Below the pieces are notes generated by a model. It was given only the letters and a program-made list of their open reading frames with translations, was not told the origin of the DNA and did not search any database. This document shows, in pieces, positions 32,111 through 42,110 of a stretch of DNA of 64,000 nt. The DNA comes from Hyphomonadaceae bacterium (lineage in GTDB: Bacteria; Pseudomonadota; Alphaproteobacteria; Caulobacterales; Aquidulcibacteraceae), in NCBI GenBank assembly GCA_033764865.1, contig JANRIM010000017.1, positions 14,760 to 78,759 on the forward strand, in the 5' to 3' direction. The translations under genes and the position numbers were made by a program. Every line of letters begins with the position of its first letter. Position 1 is the stretch's first letter.

Positions 32111-33225
32111 ACCCGCAGCGGCATCAGCACATAGAGCGCGTTGGGATCGCTTTCGTCCCGCACCAGCGTGGGCGAGCCGGAGTCTGCGAACTCGAACTGA
32201 ACGGCGTCGCCCTCGATCTGGCCGGCGACATCGAGCAGATAGCGCGCGTTGAAGCCGATCTCCATGGGCTCGGAGTCGTACTCCGCCGGCAAATCCTCGG
32301 TGGCGAGGCCGGCGTCGGGATTGTTGACGGTCAGCGTCAGGCGATCGCCGTCGAGCGCCATTTTCACGGAGCGGGAGCGCTCCGCGGATACGGTCGCGAC
32401 GCGATCGACGGCCTCTGCGAACGCTTTGTTGTCGACGCGCAGGATGCGATTGTTCTGTTTCGGAATGACCCGCGCGTACTCCGGAAAGGACCCGTCGATC
32501 AGCTTGGAGGTCAGCACGGCGTCGCCCAGCTCGAAGCGGATTTTCTGGTCCGACGCCGCGATGTTGACGGCCCCGCTGGCGTCATCGAGCAGGCGGTGCA
32601 GCTCCGCGACGGTCTTGCGCGGCACGATGACGCCCGGCATGCCCTGCGCGCCGTCCGGCGCCGGCGCATCGGCCAGCGCAAGGCGGTGGCCGTCGGTCGC
32701 GACGCCGCGCAGCTTGGGCCCATCCTCGGTGACCGCTGTGTGCAGGTAAATGCCGTTGAGATAGTAGCGGGTCTCCTCGGTGGAGATGGCGAACCGCGTC
32801 TTGTTGATCAGGCGCTTGAGCTCTGAGGGATGGATTTCGAAGCGGGTGGCCAAGGCGTCCACCGGCATCAACGGAAAATCCTGCGCGGGAAGCACGGGCA
32901 GGTTGAGGCGCGCCTTGCCCGCCCACACCGAAAGCCGCGCGTCGTCGCCGCCCAGGTCGAGTTTCACGGACGCGCCGTCAGGCAGTTTGCGGACGAAATC
33001 GTAGAGGTACTGGGCCGGCGCCGAGGTGGCGCCCGCGCGCTCCACTTCGGCGAAGGCGTCTTCCGCGATCTCGATGTCGAGATCCGTCGCGGTGAGGCGC
33101 AGGGCGCTATCCTGCGCGGACAGCAGCACGTTGGACAGGATGGGGATCGTGTTGCGACGCTCGACGACGCTCTGGACGTGGGTGAGCGCTTTCAGCAGCG
33201 CCGCCCGCTCGATCGTCAACCGCAT
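32107..33225 (-). CDS. dnaN: DNA polymerase III beta sliding clamp
   Basis: 372 aa; MRLTIERAALLKALTHVQSVVERRNTIPILSNVLL; C-terminal LYVLMPLRV. Confidence 0.95.
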   Translation of the reverse strand: MRLTIERAALLKALTHVQSVVERRNTIPILSNVLLSAQDSALRLTATDLDIEIAEDAFAEVERAGATSAPAQYLYDFVRKLPDGASVKLDLGGDDARLSVWAGKARLNLPVLPAQDFPLMPVDALATRFEIHPSELKRLINKTRFAISTEETRYYLNGIYLHTAVTEDGPKLRGVATDGHRLALADAPAPDGAQGMPGVIVPRKTVAELHRLLDDASGAVNIAASDQKIRFELGDAVLTSKLIDGSFPEYARVIPKQNNRILRVDNKAFAEAVDRVATVSAERSRSVKMALDGDRLTLTVNNPDAGLATEDLPAEYDSEPMEIGFNARYLLDVAGQIEGDAVQFEFADSGSPTLVRDESDPNALYVLMPLRV

Positions 33226-33374
33226 GTACGCATCCGTCTCTGCCGGCTCCGCCCCTCCCCGGTGGAAGGCGCGCCCGCGCGACTCAGGGCCGCGCGGTGC
33301 GAAAAAATAGCAGAATGAGGCGGCTGCGGAAGCCCAATCGCCCCAGGCCCCCGAAGGACCACGGCCGCCCCGCC

Positions 33375-33414
33375 GCCGGGGTCCGGGCCCGCCTCGGCGG
33401 CCCCGGACCCCGGC
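33375..33414 (-). other. strong GC hairpin just downstream of the dnaA stop
   Basis: A 13-bp stem (33375-33387 pairing with 33402-33414, core ggggtccggg/cccggacccc) with a 14-nt loop. No U-run follows on the minus strand. Confidence 0.4.
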
Positions 33415-33430
33415 CGCTGGCGACCGGGCG

Positions 33431-34888
33431 CTAGTGCGCGTGTCCGGGCGGCAGCGGCTGCCGGAGCAGCTTCATGATCTCCTCCACGTCCCGGCGCATG
33501 TCCGGGCACTCCTGCAGGAGACGTGTGATCTTCCGCTTCGCGAAGAGAATCGTCGTGTGGTCGTAGCCGCCAAACAGCCGGGCGATGTTGGGTAGGCTGA
33601 GTGTGGTGAGCTTGGTGCTCAGGTACATGGCGATCTGGCGGGGGTGGGAGACCGCCTTTTCGCGGGTCTTGCGCAGGAGCTCCGCGACGGACATCTCGAA
33701 GTGACGCGCGACGGCCGCCTTGATCATGTCCACAGTCACCTTGCGCTCCCGCTCCGCGATGCGGTTCCGGAGGGCGGTTTCCGCCGTTTCCCGGGTGATG
33801 GGGGCCTTGGAGACCAGCCACTCCATCATGAGCTGGCGGATCGCCCCGTCCAGCTCACGCCCGGTGACGGGCATGCGGCGGGCGATCATGTCGAGGGCGT
33901 CGCCATCGACGGCGAAGCCGGGCTGCTCGGCGGCGTAGGCCGCCACCCGGGCGGCGAGGATCTGGCGGCGCAGGGCCTCGTCCGGGAGGGCGATCTCGCA
34001 CTCCGTGGCGCACTTCAGGTGGTGGGCCAGACGCTCCCCGAACCCGGCGACGCCGGAAACCCCGGCCACCGCCGTCAGGACCACGAACCCGCCGCGGTCG
34101 TAAACGGACATGATGGTGTCGTAGAGTTCTTCCTCGGTCTGCTTGCGCCCGGCCACGCGGGGCACGTCGTCGATGATCAGCAGGTCCGCCTCGCGGACAT
34201 AGGCCTTGAACGCGCTGGTGTCGCGGCGACCCTTGAGGGCGTCCACGAAGTCCTCCGTGAACCGCTGGCCGTTGATCAGCCGGACGCACAGCCCGGGGTT
34301 TTCCTCGAGCGCCTGGTTGGCGATGGACTCCACCAGCATCGTCTTGCCGACGCCCGGTTCGCCCCGAACCATGACCATGCGGAGATTTGCGCTGCGCGCG
34401 GCGATCAGCCGGCCAAGCATCACGGCCTTGTCGTTGGGCGGGCCGACGCAAAGCGTGCTGAACGTTCCCGCCCATTGCGGCGTTCTGGGGCCGCCGGGCA
34501 GCTGCGCGGGCGGCGCGCCGACGGTGGGCACAGGCTCGATCGCAGGATCGAGGCGACGCGCGCGGATGGAATCGAGCGCCTTCTGGTTCAGCTCGCGCAT
34601 CACGCAGATGCGGATCGGCTTGTAGACGCGGGTGTGGGCGCTCATGCGCCGGGCGATCTGGTCCTTCGCCTCGGCGTTGAGCCAGTTGGATTGGGTGCCG
34701 CCGGCCCGGGCCAGGAAGATGCGCTCGTCCTCCTCGTCCAGGGCCAGTTCCAGTTGCTCGATGTAGGACCGGTAGATGCCCTCGCCGAAATGAGCCCGCA
34801 GCTCGTCCTTGCTCAGAGCCCAGGCGCGGATCGCCTCGAGTCCCGGGCGGCCGCCATCGTCATGGTCGCGTGCGTGTTCGTGTTCCAT
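33431..34888 (-). CDS. dnaA: chromosomal replication initiator protein DnaA
   Basis: AAA+ Walker A GEPGVGKTML; C-terminal DNA-binding region RQIAMYLSTKLTTLSLPNIARLFGGYDHTTILFAKRKI. Confidence 0.95.
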   Translation of the reverse strand: MEHEHARDHDDGGRPGLEAIRAWALSKDELRAHFGEGIYRSYIEQLELALDEEDERIFLARAGGTQSNWLNAEAKDQIARRMSAHTRVYKPIRICVMRELNQKALDSIRARRLDPAIEPVPTVGAPPAQLPGGPRTPQWAGTFSTLCVGPPNDKAVMLGRLIAARSANLRMVMVRGEPGVGKTMLVESIANQALEENPGLCVRLINGQRFTEDFVDALKGRRDTSAFKAYVREADLLIIDDVPRVAGRKQTEEELYDTIMSVYDRGGFVVLTAVAGVSGVAGFGERLAHHLKCATECEIALPDEALRRQILAARVAAYAAEQPGFAVDGDALDMIARRMPVTGRELDGAIRQLMMEWLVSKAPITRETAETALRNRIAERERKVTVDMIKAAVARHFEMSVAELLRKTREKAVSHPRQIAMYLSTKLTTLSLPNIARLFGGYDHTTILFAKRKITRLLQECPDMRRDVEEIMKLLRQPLPPGHAH

Positions 34889-35338
34889 TCAGCCCTCGCG
34901 TTCCCCGGAAGCCGCCTCAGCGACCCCGATGACGGGGCAGGCACAACCTCTGCGTGCCCCGCTCTCGCGTGGCCCGCCAACGTCTTCAATCAGCCCGATG
35001 AAACGTTTGCGGAGGTGTAGTCAGCCCCTGTGCACGACACCTAATTCGCCTTCTGCGCGCACGTCAAGAATATGACATTCACCATGTTTGGATGGCGCTG
35101 GAGGCCATGGGCGGCAAGGCTTATGGGCGGTCGGGACGCGGTCGGGAACGATCCCGGAAACGGTCGAAGGCCTTGGCCCCCATGGCATCCGGAACGTATG
35201 CCTACAGGCGAAAAAATGCAGTCAGTTTGATAATAATTTCGTAACTGTTTGGTCGCGGATTTATGACGCCCAGAACGCAAAAATGTGCGCCGCTGCATGC
35301 GACGCACCCGTCTCTACCCTGCGTTGAACGATCGTGTG
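34889..35338. other. dnaA upstream region: candidate dnaA promoter and possible origin/unwinding region
   Basis: This 450-nt gap holds the lowest-GC stretch in the core region (aaaaaatgcagtcagtttgataataatttcgtaactgttt, about 35211-35250). It lies at the point where gene orientation switches. I found no clean DnaA box. Confidence 0.25.
35276..35307 (-). terminator. rho-independent terminator after rpsT
   Basis: On the minus strand the stem gtgcgtcgc/gcggcgcac (35285-35293 with 35299-35307, one G-U pair) is followed by attttt. Confidence 0.6.
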
Positions 35339-35611
35339 TTAACGCGCGCCCGAGAGCGCCTTGACCCGCTGGGCCAGCCGGGAAACCTTCCGCGAGCCGG
35401 TATTGCGGTGAAGGACGCCCTTCGAGACCGCCCGGCGGGTTTCCGATTCCGCCGTCTTGAACGCCATCGCCGCGGCCGAGGCGTCCCCGGACGCGATCGC
35501 CTCTTCCACCTTCCGCCAGTAGGTGCGCACCCGCGAGCGGCGGGCGGCGTTGACCGCCGTACGGCGGGCGATCACGCGGATCGCTTTCTTGGCGGACGAG
35601 GTGTTGGCCAT
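35339..35611 (-). CDS. rpsT: 30S ribosomal protein S20
   Basis: [30 protein letters not shown]; 90 aa and basic. Confidence 0.95.
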   Translation of the reverse strand: MANTSSAKKAIRVIARRTAVNAARRSRVRTYWRKVEEAIASGDASAAAMAFKTAESETRRAVSKGVLHRNTGSRKVSRLAQRVKALSGAR

Positions 35612-35707
35612 GGTTTGTCTCTGGTGCGGCGCTCAAGTGAGCGCGGGGGTATATCGGGGCGCCCGTGCGGGGTCAATCGAAACGGCGCCCTCAAGCCTCA
35701 GGGGTTC

Positions 35708-36481
35708 CTACCGGTCCGTGAACACGGGCGGCCTCTTGGCGATGAAGGCGGCCATGCCTTCCTTCTGGTCAGCCGTGGCGAACAGGGCGTGAAACACCCG
35801 CCGCTCGAACCGCACGCCCTCCGCCAGCGTGGCCTCAAAGCCGCGGTTGATCGCTTCCTTGCACACCATGAGGGCGGGCTTGGAGTAACCCGCGATCGTG
35901 GCCGCCGCGGCGAGCGTTTCCTCGATGAGGGCGCCCGCAGGCACGACGCGCGCCACCAGCCCCGCCTTCTCCGCCTCCGCGGCGTCCATCAGCCGCCCCG
36001 TCAGGCACAGGTCCATGGCCTTGGCCTTGCCGATGGCGCGCACGAGCCTCTGGGTGCCGCCGATGCCGGGAATGACGCCGAGCTTGATCTCCGGCTGACC
36101 GAACTTGGCGGTGTCGGCGGCGATGATCATGTCGGCCATCATGGCCAGCTCACAGCCCCCGCCGAGGGCGAAACCGGCCACCGCGGCGATGGTGGGCTTG
36201 CGGCAGCGGGCCAGCGCGTCGGCGTTGCCGAAGAAGTCCTCGCCGTACATGTCGCCAAAGGTCTTGCCGGACATTTCCTTGATGTCGGCCCCTGCCGCAA
36301 AAGCCCGCTCCGATCCCGTGACCACGATGCAGCCGATGGCCGGATCGCCATCCAGGTCCAGGAGCACGCCGTCCAGTTCCGCAAGCAGCGCGCTGTTCAA
36401 CGCGTTGAGCGCCTCCGGCCGGTTGAGCTTCACCAGCGCCACGGCGCCATGGCGCTCCACGATGAGTGTCTTGAGGTCCAT
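35708..36481 (-). CDS. enoyl-CoA hydratase (crotonase family)
   Basis: The start at [28 protein letters not shown] (36481) is preferred. [10 protein letters not shown] and [11 protein letters not shown] are present. The upstream part of the tracked 419-aa ORF is not crotonase-like. Confidence 0.9.
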   Translation of the reverse strand: MDLKTLIVERHGAVALVKLNRPEALNALNSALLAELDGVLLDLDGDPAIGCIVVTGSERAFAAGADIKEMSGKTFGDMYGEDFFGNADALARCRKPTIAAVAGFALGGGCELAMMADMIIAADTAKFGQPEIKLGVIPGIGGTQRLVRAIGKAKAMDLCLTGRLMDAAEAEKAGLVARVVPAGALIEETLAAAATIAGYSKPALMVCKEAINRGFEATLAEGVRFERRVFHALFATADQKEGMAAFIAKRPPVFTDR

Positions 36482-36522
36482 GGGCGGGGGTCCTTCTTGG
36501 CCGGGGGGCGGCGCCTTGAACT

Positions 36523-36933
36523 TCAGTCGAGCGCTAGCGAGGCCGTGCGCGCGACGATGCGGTAGCGCACGACGAGCCCGCCGTCTGAACCGCGCGCAAA
36601 CGCCAGCGTCAAGCGCTCGCGACCGCGCACGAAGGCGAGCCCGCCAGCGTCGTCGACTTCCTGGGACCAGCCCAGCGCCGGCAACGCCGCATCGTAGTAC
36701 GCGCGCACGGCGCCCTCGTCCGCCGGCCCGGCCGCCGCCGTCTCCGCTATATGGCCGGCGCCGGCGGGGAACGAAAACGACGCGTCCGCCCTCTCCGCCA
36801 GCGGCGGCGGGAGCGGCACATCGTCGAACATCGACAGGAAACGCGTCTGCGCGCCCGCCGGCGCGAGCCATGCAACCAGACCACCCAGCACGAGGCCGGC
36901 GAACAGGAAGCGCGTGCGGACGGCGGGACTCAT
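36523..36933 (-). CDS. hypothetical exported protein
   Basis: Signal peptide [21 protein letters not shown]; no family recognised. Confidence 0.45.
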   Translation of the reverse strand: MSPAVRTRFLFAGLVLGGLVAWLAPAGAQTRFLSMFDDVPLPPPLAERADASFSFPAGAGHIAETAAAGPADEGAVRAYYDAALPALGWSQEVDDAGGLAFVRGRERLTLAFARGSDGGLVVRYRIVARTASLALD

Positions 36934-37029
36934 GACGACAGTCTATGGCCGGCTGTCGGCGGCGCAAAATCTCCGCCGGACGGCCCGCCTTGAGGCATCC
37001 GCCGCTATACTGCCCACGGAGATCGCCCG

Positions 37030-37731
37030 ATGAGCCGCCTCAACATCCATCTGGAACGCCACGCGACCGACCGCATCGGCTGGCTGCGCGCCGCGGTGCT
37101 CGGCGCGAACGACGGCATCGTTTCCACCGCGAGCCTGATCGTCGGCGTGGCGGCGGCGTCGGCGGACAAGACCGGCATCCTTGTCGCCGGCGTCGCAGGG
37201 CTGGCGGCAGGCGCCATGTCCATGGCCGCCGGCGAGTACGTCTCGGTGAGCGCGCAGGCCGATTCCGAACAGGCCGACCTCGCCCGCGAGCGCCGCGAAC
37301 TTGCCGACGATGTGGCGTTCGAGCGCGAGGAGCTCGCGCAGATTTACGTCCAGAGGGGTCTAGAGCCGTCGCTCGCCCGGCAAGTGGCTGATCAACTGAT
37401 GGCGAAGGACGCCCTCGGGGCGCATGCGCGCGACGAACTGGGCATCTCCGAGATCACGAAGGCGCGCCCCATCCAGGCGGCGATGGCGTCGGCGGCGACA
37501 TTCGCGGTCGGCGCGTCGGCGCCGCTCGTGGTGGCGATGGCCGCTCCGCCGGAGGCCATCGTCGGCGCCGTGGCGATCGCGTCGCTCGCCCTGCTGGCGC
37601 TGCTCGGCGGGGTGAGCGCCCGCGCAGGCGGCGCAGCCATGACGCGCGCCATCGTCCGCGTGACCTTCTGGGGCGCCGCCGCGCTGGCGCTGACGGCGGC
37701 TGTCGGAAGGCTGTTCGGCGCCGTCGCCTAG
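37030..37731 (+). CDS. VIT1/CCC1 family iron/manganese transporter
   Basis: [28 protein letters not shown]; an acidic cytoplasmic helix region is followed by C-terminal TM helices. Confidence 0.85.
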   Translation: MSRLNIHLERHATDRIGWLRAAVLGANDGIVSTASLIVGVAAASADKTGILVAGVAGLAAGAMSMAAGEYVSVSAQADSEQADLARERRELADDVAFEREELAQIYVQRGLEPSLARQVADQLMAKDALGAHARDELGISEITKARPIQAAMASAATFAVGASAPLVVAMAAPPEAIVGAVAIASLALLALLGGVSARAGGAAMTRAIVRVTFWGAAALALTAAVGRLFGAVA

Positions 37732-37754
37732 GGCGCGATCACGGACAATGCGCG

Positions 37755-39050
37755 CTACTGCGCCAGATACGGTTGCGCGGGACGCGGTCCCACGCCTTCG
37801 GGCGTCGGCACGTCGGTGGCGTCATAGTCCGCGTTCAGCACGAAATCCGGCCCCGCGGTGATCTCGATCCGACGGGCCACTACCACGGTGTACGCGGACT
37901 TGTCCGCGATCGGGGCATGGGCCGCGACGCGCAACCGGCCGTCGCGCAGGTAGATCGTGCCCAGCAACGTTCGGGCGTTGTTGCTCTCGATCACGAAGTC
38001 CCGGAGCTTCAGCGCGCCCGTGGCGAGCACGCGATCGGCGAAGAACAAAAAGCCCGCCATCGGGCCGTCGAGCGGCGCGGTCAGATCCACCTTGCTCGAC
38101 CCCTCAAGGCGCATGGAGGAGAGATCGCCGACGAAATAGAACCCGACGTGCTGTCCGATGAGGGTGGCGTCGTTGGCGACGCGCAGCGGCCCGTTCTTCA
38201 TGACGTAGACGCCGGGCGAGAGCGTGGCCGTGGCGTTCTTCGAGACGATCAGCCCTCCGCAATAGACGCCGGGCGACAGCGCCTTCTCGCCGGTGACGAC
38301 CACGGGAAGAAGATGTGTGCAGCCGCCCGCCTCCGGCTCCGGCCGGTCTGCCAGCGGATCGCGGATCTCCGGGCAATCGGTGACGGCCTCCGGGTTGAAG
38401 CTCGCTTTCTTTCCCGCTGCGCCGCCTGCCGAGCAGATCATGCTGGCGTGAAGTTCGGCGCTGTCGCGCAGCGTGATGCCGCGGCTGTGGGTGGAGTTGG
38501 ACACCACCGCGCAGTCGTTGGCGATCATGCGCGCCTGCTTCTCCAGATGCAGCGACTTGGCGTCCAGCGTTTCAAGAGCCAGCGCACACAGCGGCGTGCC
38601 GCCCGCAAGCCTTGCCACCGCCGTCGCCGTCGGCGACAGCCCATTCTTGTTGAACAGGCCGCCGAACACGGACGGCACATGCGCCTTGAGCGTCACACGA
38701 ACACCGGCGCGTTCGTCCAGGATTGCGCTTTCCGTCGCCGCCAGCGCGATGTCGGGATCGAGGTTGGCGCGGACATACGCGACCACGACAGCGTCCACCG
38801 TGGAGCGCGAGGTGGACTTGAGCGGCAGCTCCCGCGCCGCCGCAAGCGCAGCCCCGTCCGCCGCCGCCTGGAGCTGAACCTTGGCCGTGTGCGCGGCCAT
38901 GAAATCGAACGCGAGCGCAGAGAAGCCCACGCCTCCAGGCGCCAGCACCAGAGACGCCGCCAGAGCGACGTTGCCGCTACGTGAGCCGATCAGCGAGGCC
39001 CACCGCCCACCACAGGCGAGGAGCATGGACAAAGCGGTTGAAGGCGACAT
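37755..39050 (-). CDS. TadG-like (TadE/G N-terminal domain) pilus-assembly-related protein
   Basis: N-terminus GNVALAASLVLAPGGVGFSALAFDFMAAHTAKVQLQAAADGAALAAAREL. No other tad genes are in the window. Confidence 0.65.
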   Translation of the reverse strand: MSPSTALSMLLACGGRWASLIGSRSGNVALAASLVLAPGGVGFSALAFDFMAAHTAKVQLQAAADGAALAAARELPLKSTSRSTVDAVVVAYVRANLDPDIALAATESAILDERAGVRVTLKAHVPSVFGGLFNKNGLSPTATAVARLAGGTPLCALALETLDAKSLHLEKQARMIANDCAVVSNSTHSRGITLRDSAELHASMICSAGGAAGKKASFNPEAVTDCPEIRDPLADRPEPEAGGCTHLLPVVVTGEKALSPGVYCGGLIVSKNATATLSPGVYVMKNGPLRVANDATLIGQHVGFYFVGDLSSMRLEGSSKVDLTAPLDGPMAGFLFFADRVLATGALKLRDFVIESNNARTLLGTIYLRDGRLRVAAHAPIADKSAYTVVVARRIEITAGPDFVLNADYDATDVPTPEGVGPRPAQPYLAQ

Positions 39051-39121
39051 GGCGTCTTAGCCGTTTGAAAGCAGTTCTCTGATACCCATCGCAGATCGGC
39101 GTTAAAGAACGGCCCCCTGCG

Positions 39122-41179
39122 ATGGTTAACGGATTGGCGATCAAGGGGCTCACCCCGCGCGCCGCGTCGCTGGCGCACGGCGGACGGCGCGCTTCGATCA
39201 GCCGCAAGCTCACGGTGGCGGTCGCGGGCGCGGTGCTCTGCGCCATGATCGTGACGGCGGCGCTGGCCGCGTTCCAGGAAACGCTGCGCCACACCGAAAG
39301 CAAACTGACCTACATCCACGCCACGGCGTCGGTCTTCGCGTCGGCGACTTCGCCCGCGCTGGCCGCCAACGATCGCGCGGGCGCCTACACCGCGCTGCGC
39401 GGCGTCGCCCGTGCGCCGGGAATCGTCTACGCCCGCGTCGAGCGGCTGGACGGCACGCGACTGGCGGAGATCGGCGCCGGACTCCAGCTCGACGGCGACG
39501 CGCGCCTCGGCGGCGACGGCCCCGTGCCGCTGCTCCGTGTGCTGGGCAGCCGCACGCTGGAAGTGACCAAGCCCATCGTGCAGAGCGGTGAAACGATCGG
39601 CCGCATCACACTGGTGGCCGACAACACCGATCTCATGCCGCGCCTGCGCGCCACGTTGGCGCAAAGCATCCTTGGGGCCGTGGCGGCGTTGCTCATCGCG
39701 GTGGTGATCGCCTTTCGGCTGAAAGGCGCCGTGGTGCGGCCGCTCATCGCGCTGACCGACGCAGTGCGACGGATCGCACGCACCCACACGTACGACTTGC
39801 AGGTCGCCATCGACAGCGACGACGAGGTCGGCGAACTCTGCGGCGGATTCAACACCATGCTCGACGAGATCCGCGTGCGCGAGCGGCGCATCTCGGACCT
39901 CGCCTTCCACGACGCCGAGACGGACCTCCCCAACCGCCACGCATTCGAGCGGGTCATCGGCCAACGCCTCGAGACGCTGGCGGACAAACCGTTCGCCGTG
40001 GCGGCCATCGGCGTCGACCGCTTCCAGTACGTGCGTGGGGCCATCGGCTACCGGCTTGCCAACGACCTGCTGGCCGAGATCGGCGCGCGCGCGCTGGCGG
40101 CGGGCGAGGCCGCGCGGATTTCCACCGACGTCATCGGCGTCCTGCTGGACGCCACAGACCTCGCCACGCTGCGCCAGCGCGCGTCGGCGCTGCTGATGCG
40201 CGTGGACGAACCCATTCTCCTCGGCGAGAACACCATGGAAGTGGGCGTTTCGATCGGCCTTGCCCAGGCGGGCATTCACGCCTCGACGCCGAACGGGCTC
40301 ATCGAGTGCGCGAGCATCGCCCTCGACCAGGGCCAGGCGGCCCGCAACAAGACCCACATCTTCGACGAGGCCGCCTACAGCACCACGGCCAGGAACGTCT
40401 CGCTGATGGCGGACATGATCCGCGCGATCAGCAACGGCGAGATGCGCATTCACCTCCAGCCGAAATACGATCTGCGCGTGGGGGCGATCACCGGCGCGGA
40501 AGTTCTGGCGCGGTGGCGCCATCCGGAACGGGGCGTCGTCCCGCCCGATCTGTTCGTGGGCATGGCCGAGGACACCGGCGCCATCAGCCTGCTCACGGAA
40601 TGGTCCCTGCACCAGACGATCGCCTGCCAGCGGCGCCTTGTGGCCGCGGGACTGCCAGCGACGCTCGCGGTCAACCTCTCGGGACGATTGCTTGACGATC
40701 CCGCCTTCATCGGGATCGCTATCCAGTTCGTAAAGCGGCGCGCAGGCGATCTTTACCTCGAGATCACGGAGACGGCGAGCATCGACAACCAGGCGCGCGC
40801 ACTGGAGAACATCGAGGCGCTGCTCGCCGCCGGCGCCCACATCTCCATCGACGATTACGGCTCCGGCCTTTCGTCGCTTGCGTACCTGAAACGAATACCG
40901 GCCCACGAACTGAAGATCGATCGCGCGTTCATCGAACTTCTCGATCGCCAGCCCCGCGACGCGCTGCTGGTGAAATCCACCATCGATCTGGCCCACTCTC
41001 TGGGCATGAAGGTGACGGCGGAGGGCGTGGAGACGGAGGCCACGCTGGCGGCGTTGACGGCGATGGGCTGCGACGTGGTCCAGGGCTACCTGATCGCGCG
41101 GCCGATGTCTGAGGACGCCTACATCGATTTCATGGGCGGGACCAACGCGCGCGCGGCATCGCCGGCCGCCCGCGGCTAG
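39122..41179 (+). CDS. membrane signalling protein: sensor domain-HAMP-degenerate GGDEF-EAL
   Basis: [22 protein letters not shown]. The GGDEF position reads [11 protein letters not shown] (degenerate). EAL signature residues are intact (EVLARW, NLSGRLL, LEITETA, DDYGSG, KIDRAFI, AEGVETE, QGY). Confidence 0.85.
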   Translation: MVNGLAIKGLTPRAASLAHGGRRASISRKLTVAVAGAVLCAMIVTAALAAFQETLRHTESKLTYIHATASVFASATSPALAANDRAGAYTALRGVARAPGIVYARVERLDGTRLAEIGAGLQLDGDARLGGDGPVPLLRVLGSRTLEVTKPIVQSGETIGRITLVADNTDLMPRLRATLAQSILGAVAALLIAVVIAFRLKGAVVRPLIALTDAVRRIARTHTYDLQVAIDSDDEVGELCGGFNTMLDEIRVRERRISDLAFHDAETDLPNRHAFERVIGQRLETLADKPFAVAAIGVDRFQYVRGAIGYRLANDLLAEIGARALAAGEAARISTDVIGVLLDATDLATLRQRASALLMRVDEPILLGENTMEVGVSIGLAQAGIHASTPNGLIECASIALDQGQAARNKTHIFDEAAYSTTARNVSLMADMIRAISNGEMRIHLQPKYDLRVGAITGAEVLARWRHPERGVVPPDLFVGMAEDTGAISLLTEWSLHQTIACQRRLVAAGLPATLAVNLSGRLLDDPAFIGIAIQFVKRRAGDLYLEITETASIDNQARALENIEALLAAGAHISIDDYGSGLSSLAYLKRIPAHELKIDRAFIELLDRQPRDALLVKSTIDLAHSLGMKVTAEGVETEATLAALTAMGCDVVQGYLIARPMSEDAYIDFMGGTNARAASPAARG

Positions 41180-42033
41180 CGCTGGCAGCGCGGGCACCAG
41201 AACGTCGACCGCCCCGTCTGCACGAAGCGCGCGACGGGGGCGCCGCAGTTCACGCAGGGCTCCCCTTCCCGTCCATAGACACGGAAGCGATGCTGGAAGT
41301 AGCCGAGCGCGCCGTCCGTCTGGGCGAAGTCCCGCAGCGTCGATCCCCCCGCCGCGATTGCTTCGTCAAGCACCACGCGGATGGCGTCCGCCAGTAGCCC
41401 GAGCCGCGCCGGCGCGATGCGGCCCGCCGCGCGTCGCGGCGAGATTCCCGCGCGGAACAGCGCCTCGCACACGTAGATGTTGCCCAGGCCCGCCACCACG
41501 CGCTGGTCGAGCAGCGTGGCCTTCACGTTCTGCCGGCGGTGCGCGAACGCGGCGCGAAGGTGGGCGGCGTCGAAGACGTTGCCGAGCGGCTCCGGCCCCA
41601 ACCCGGCGAACCAGGGATGCGCATCCAGCGCGTCCTGCGCAATGAGGTCCATGTACCCGAACCGTCGCGGATCGTTGTACTCCACCCTCGCGCCGGTCTC
41701 GAGTTCGAGCACGATGTGGGTGTGGACCGGATCGGGCGCGGCGGCGAAATGGAAGGCGCCGGGCCGGTCCAAGCTGTCCGGCGCGACGATGGTGAAGCGG
41801 CCGGACATGCCCAGATGCGCCACCAGCGTCTCCCCGCGATCCAGCGGCGCCAGCAGATACTTCGCACGCCGCGAGAGCCCGAGGATTCGCGCGCCCGTCA
41901 GGCGCGCCGCGAAGCGCGGCGGGAGCGGGAAGCGCAGGTCCGCGCGGCGGGCCTCGGCGCGCGCGATCCGGGCGCCTTCCAGAACCTGCGCCAGGCCACG
42001 GCGCACGGTTTCGACTTCGGGCAATTCGGGCAT
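41176..42033 (-). CDS. mutM: formamidopyrimidine-DNA glycosylase
   Basis: [14 protein letters not shown]; C-terminal zinc finger CVNCGAPV…FWCPRCQ. Confidence 0.95.
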   Translation of the reverse strand: MPELPEVETVRRGLAQVLEGARIARAEARRADLRFPLPPRFAARLTGARILGLSRRAKYLLAPLDRGETLVAHLGMSGRFTIVAPDSLDRPGAFHFAAAPDPVHTHIVLELETGARVEYNDPRRFGYMDLIAQDALDAHPWFAGLGPEPLGNVFDAAHLRAAFAHRRQNVKATLLDQRVVAGLGNIYVCEALFRAGISPRRAAGRIAPARLGLLADAIRVVLDEAIAAGGSTLRDFAQTDGALGYFQHRFRVYGREGEPCVNCGAPVARFVQTGRSTFWCPRCQR

Positions 42034-42060
42034 GACGTCAGTCGCGCCCGCCGTCCGGCG

Positions 42061-42082
42061 ATGTCAACGGACCGTTTGACAT
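42061..42082. promoter_or_regulatory. near-perfect palindrome between divergent mutM and SRAP genes
   Basis: atgtcaacgg-a-ccgtttgacat, with 10-nt arms and one extra t. Confidence 0.3.
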
Positions 42083-42110
42083 CCCGGGCGGGCGGGCAAT
42101 CATCGCGTCC

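Noticed and set aside
34889-35338. Search for canonical DnaA boxes (TTATCCACA / TGTGGATAA) upstream of dnaA and in the dnaA-dnaN gap (33226-33430).
   Set aside because: The best by-eye candidates (for example tgtgcacga and gtttgataa) have about 3 mismatches, so I do not annotate any box. A proper matrix scan is needed.
38990-41197. 735-aa minus-strand ORF.
   Set aside because: It is antisense to the GGDEF-EAL gene, which has clear HAMP and EAL signatures on the plus strand.
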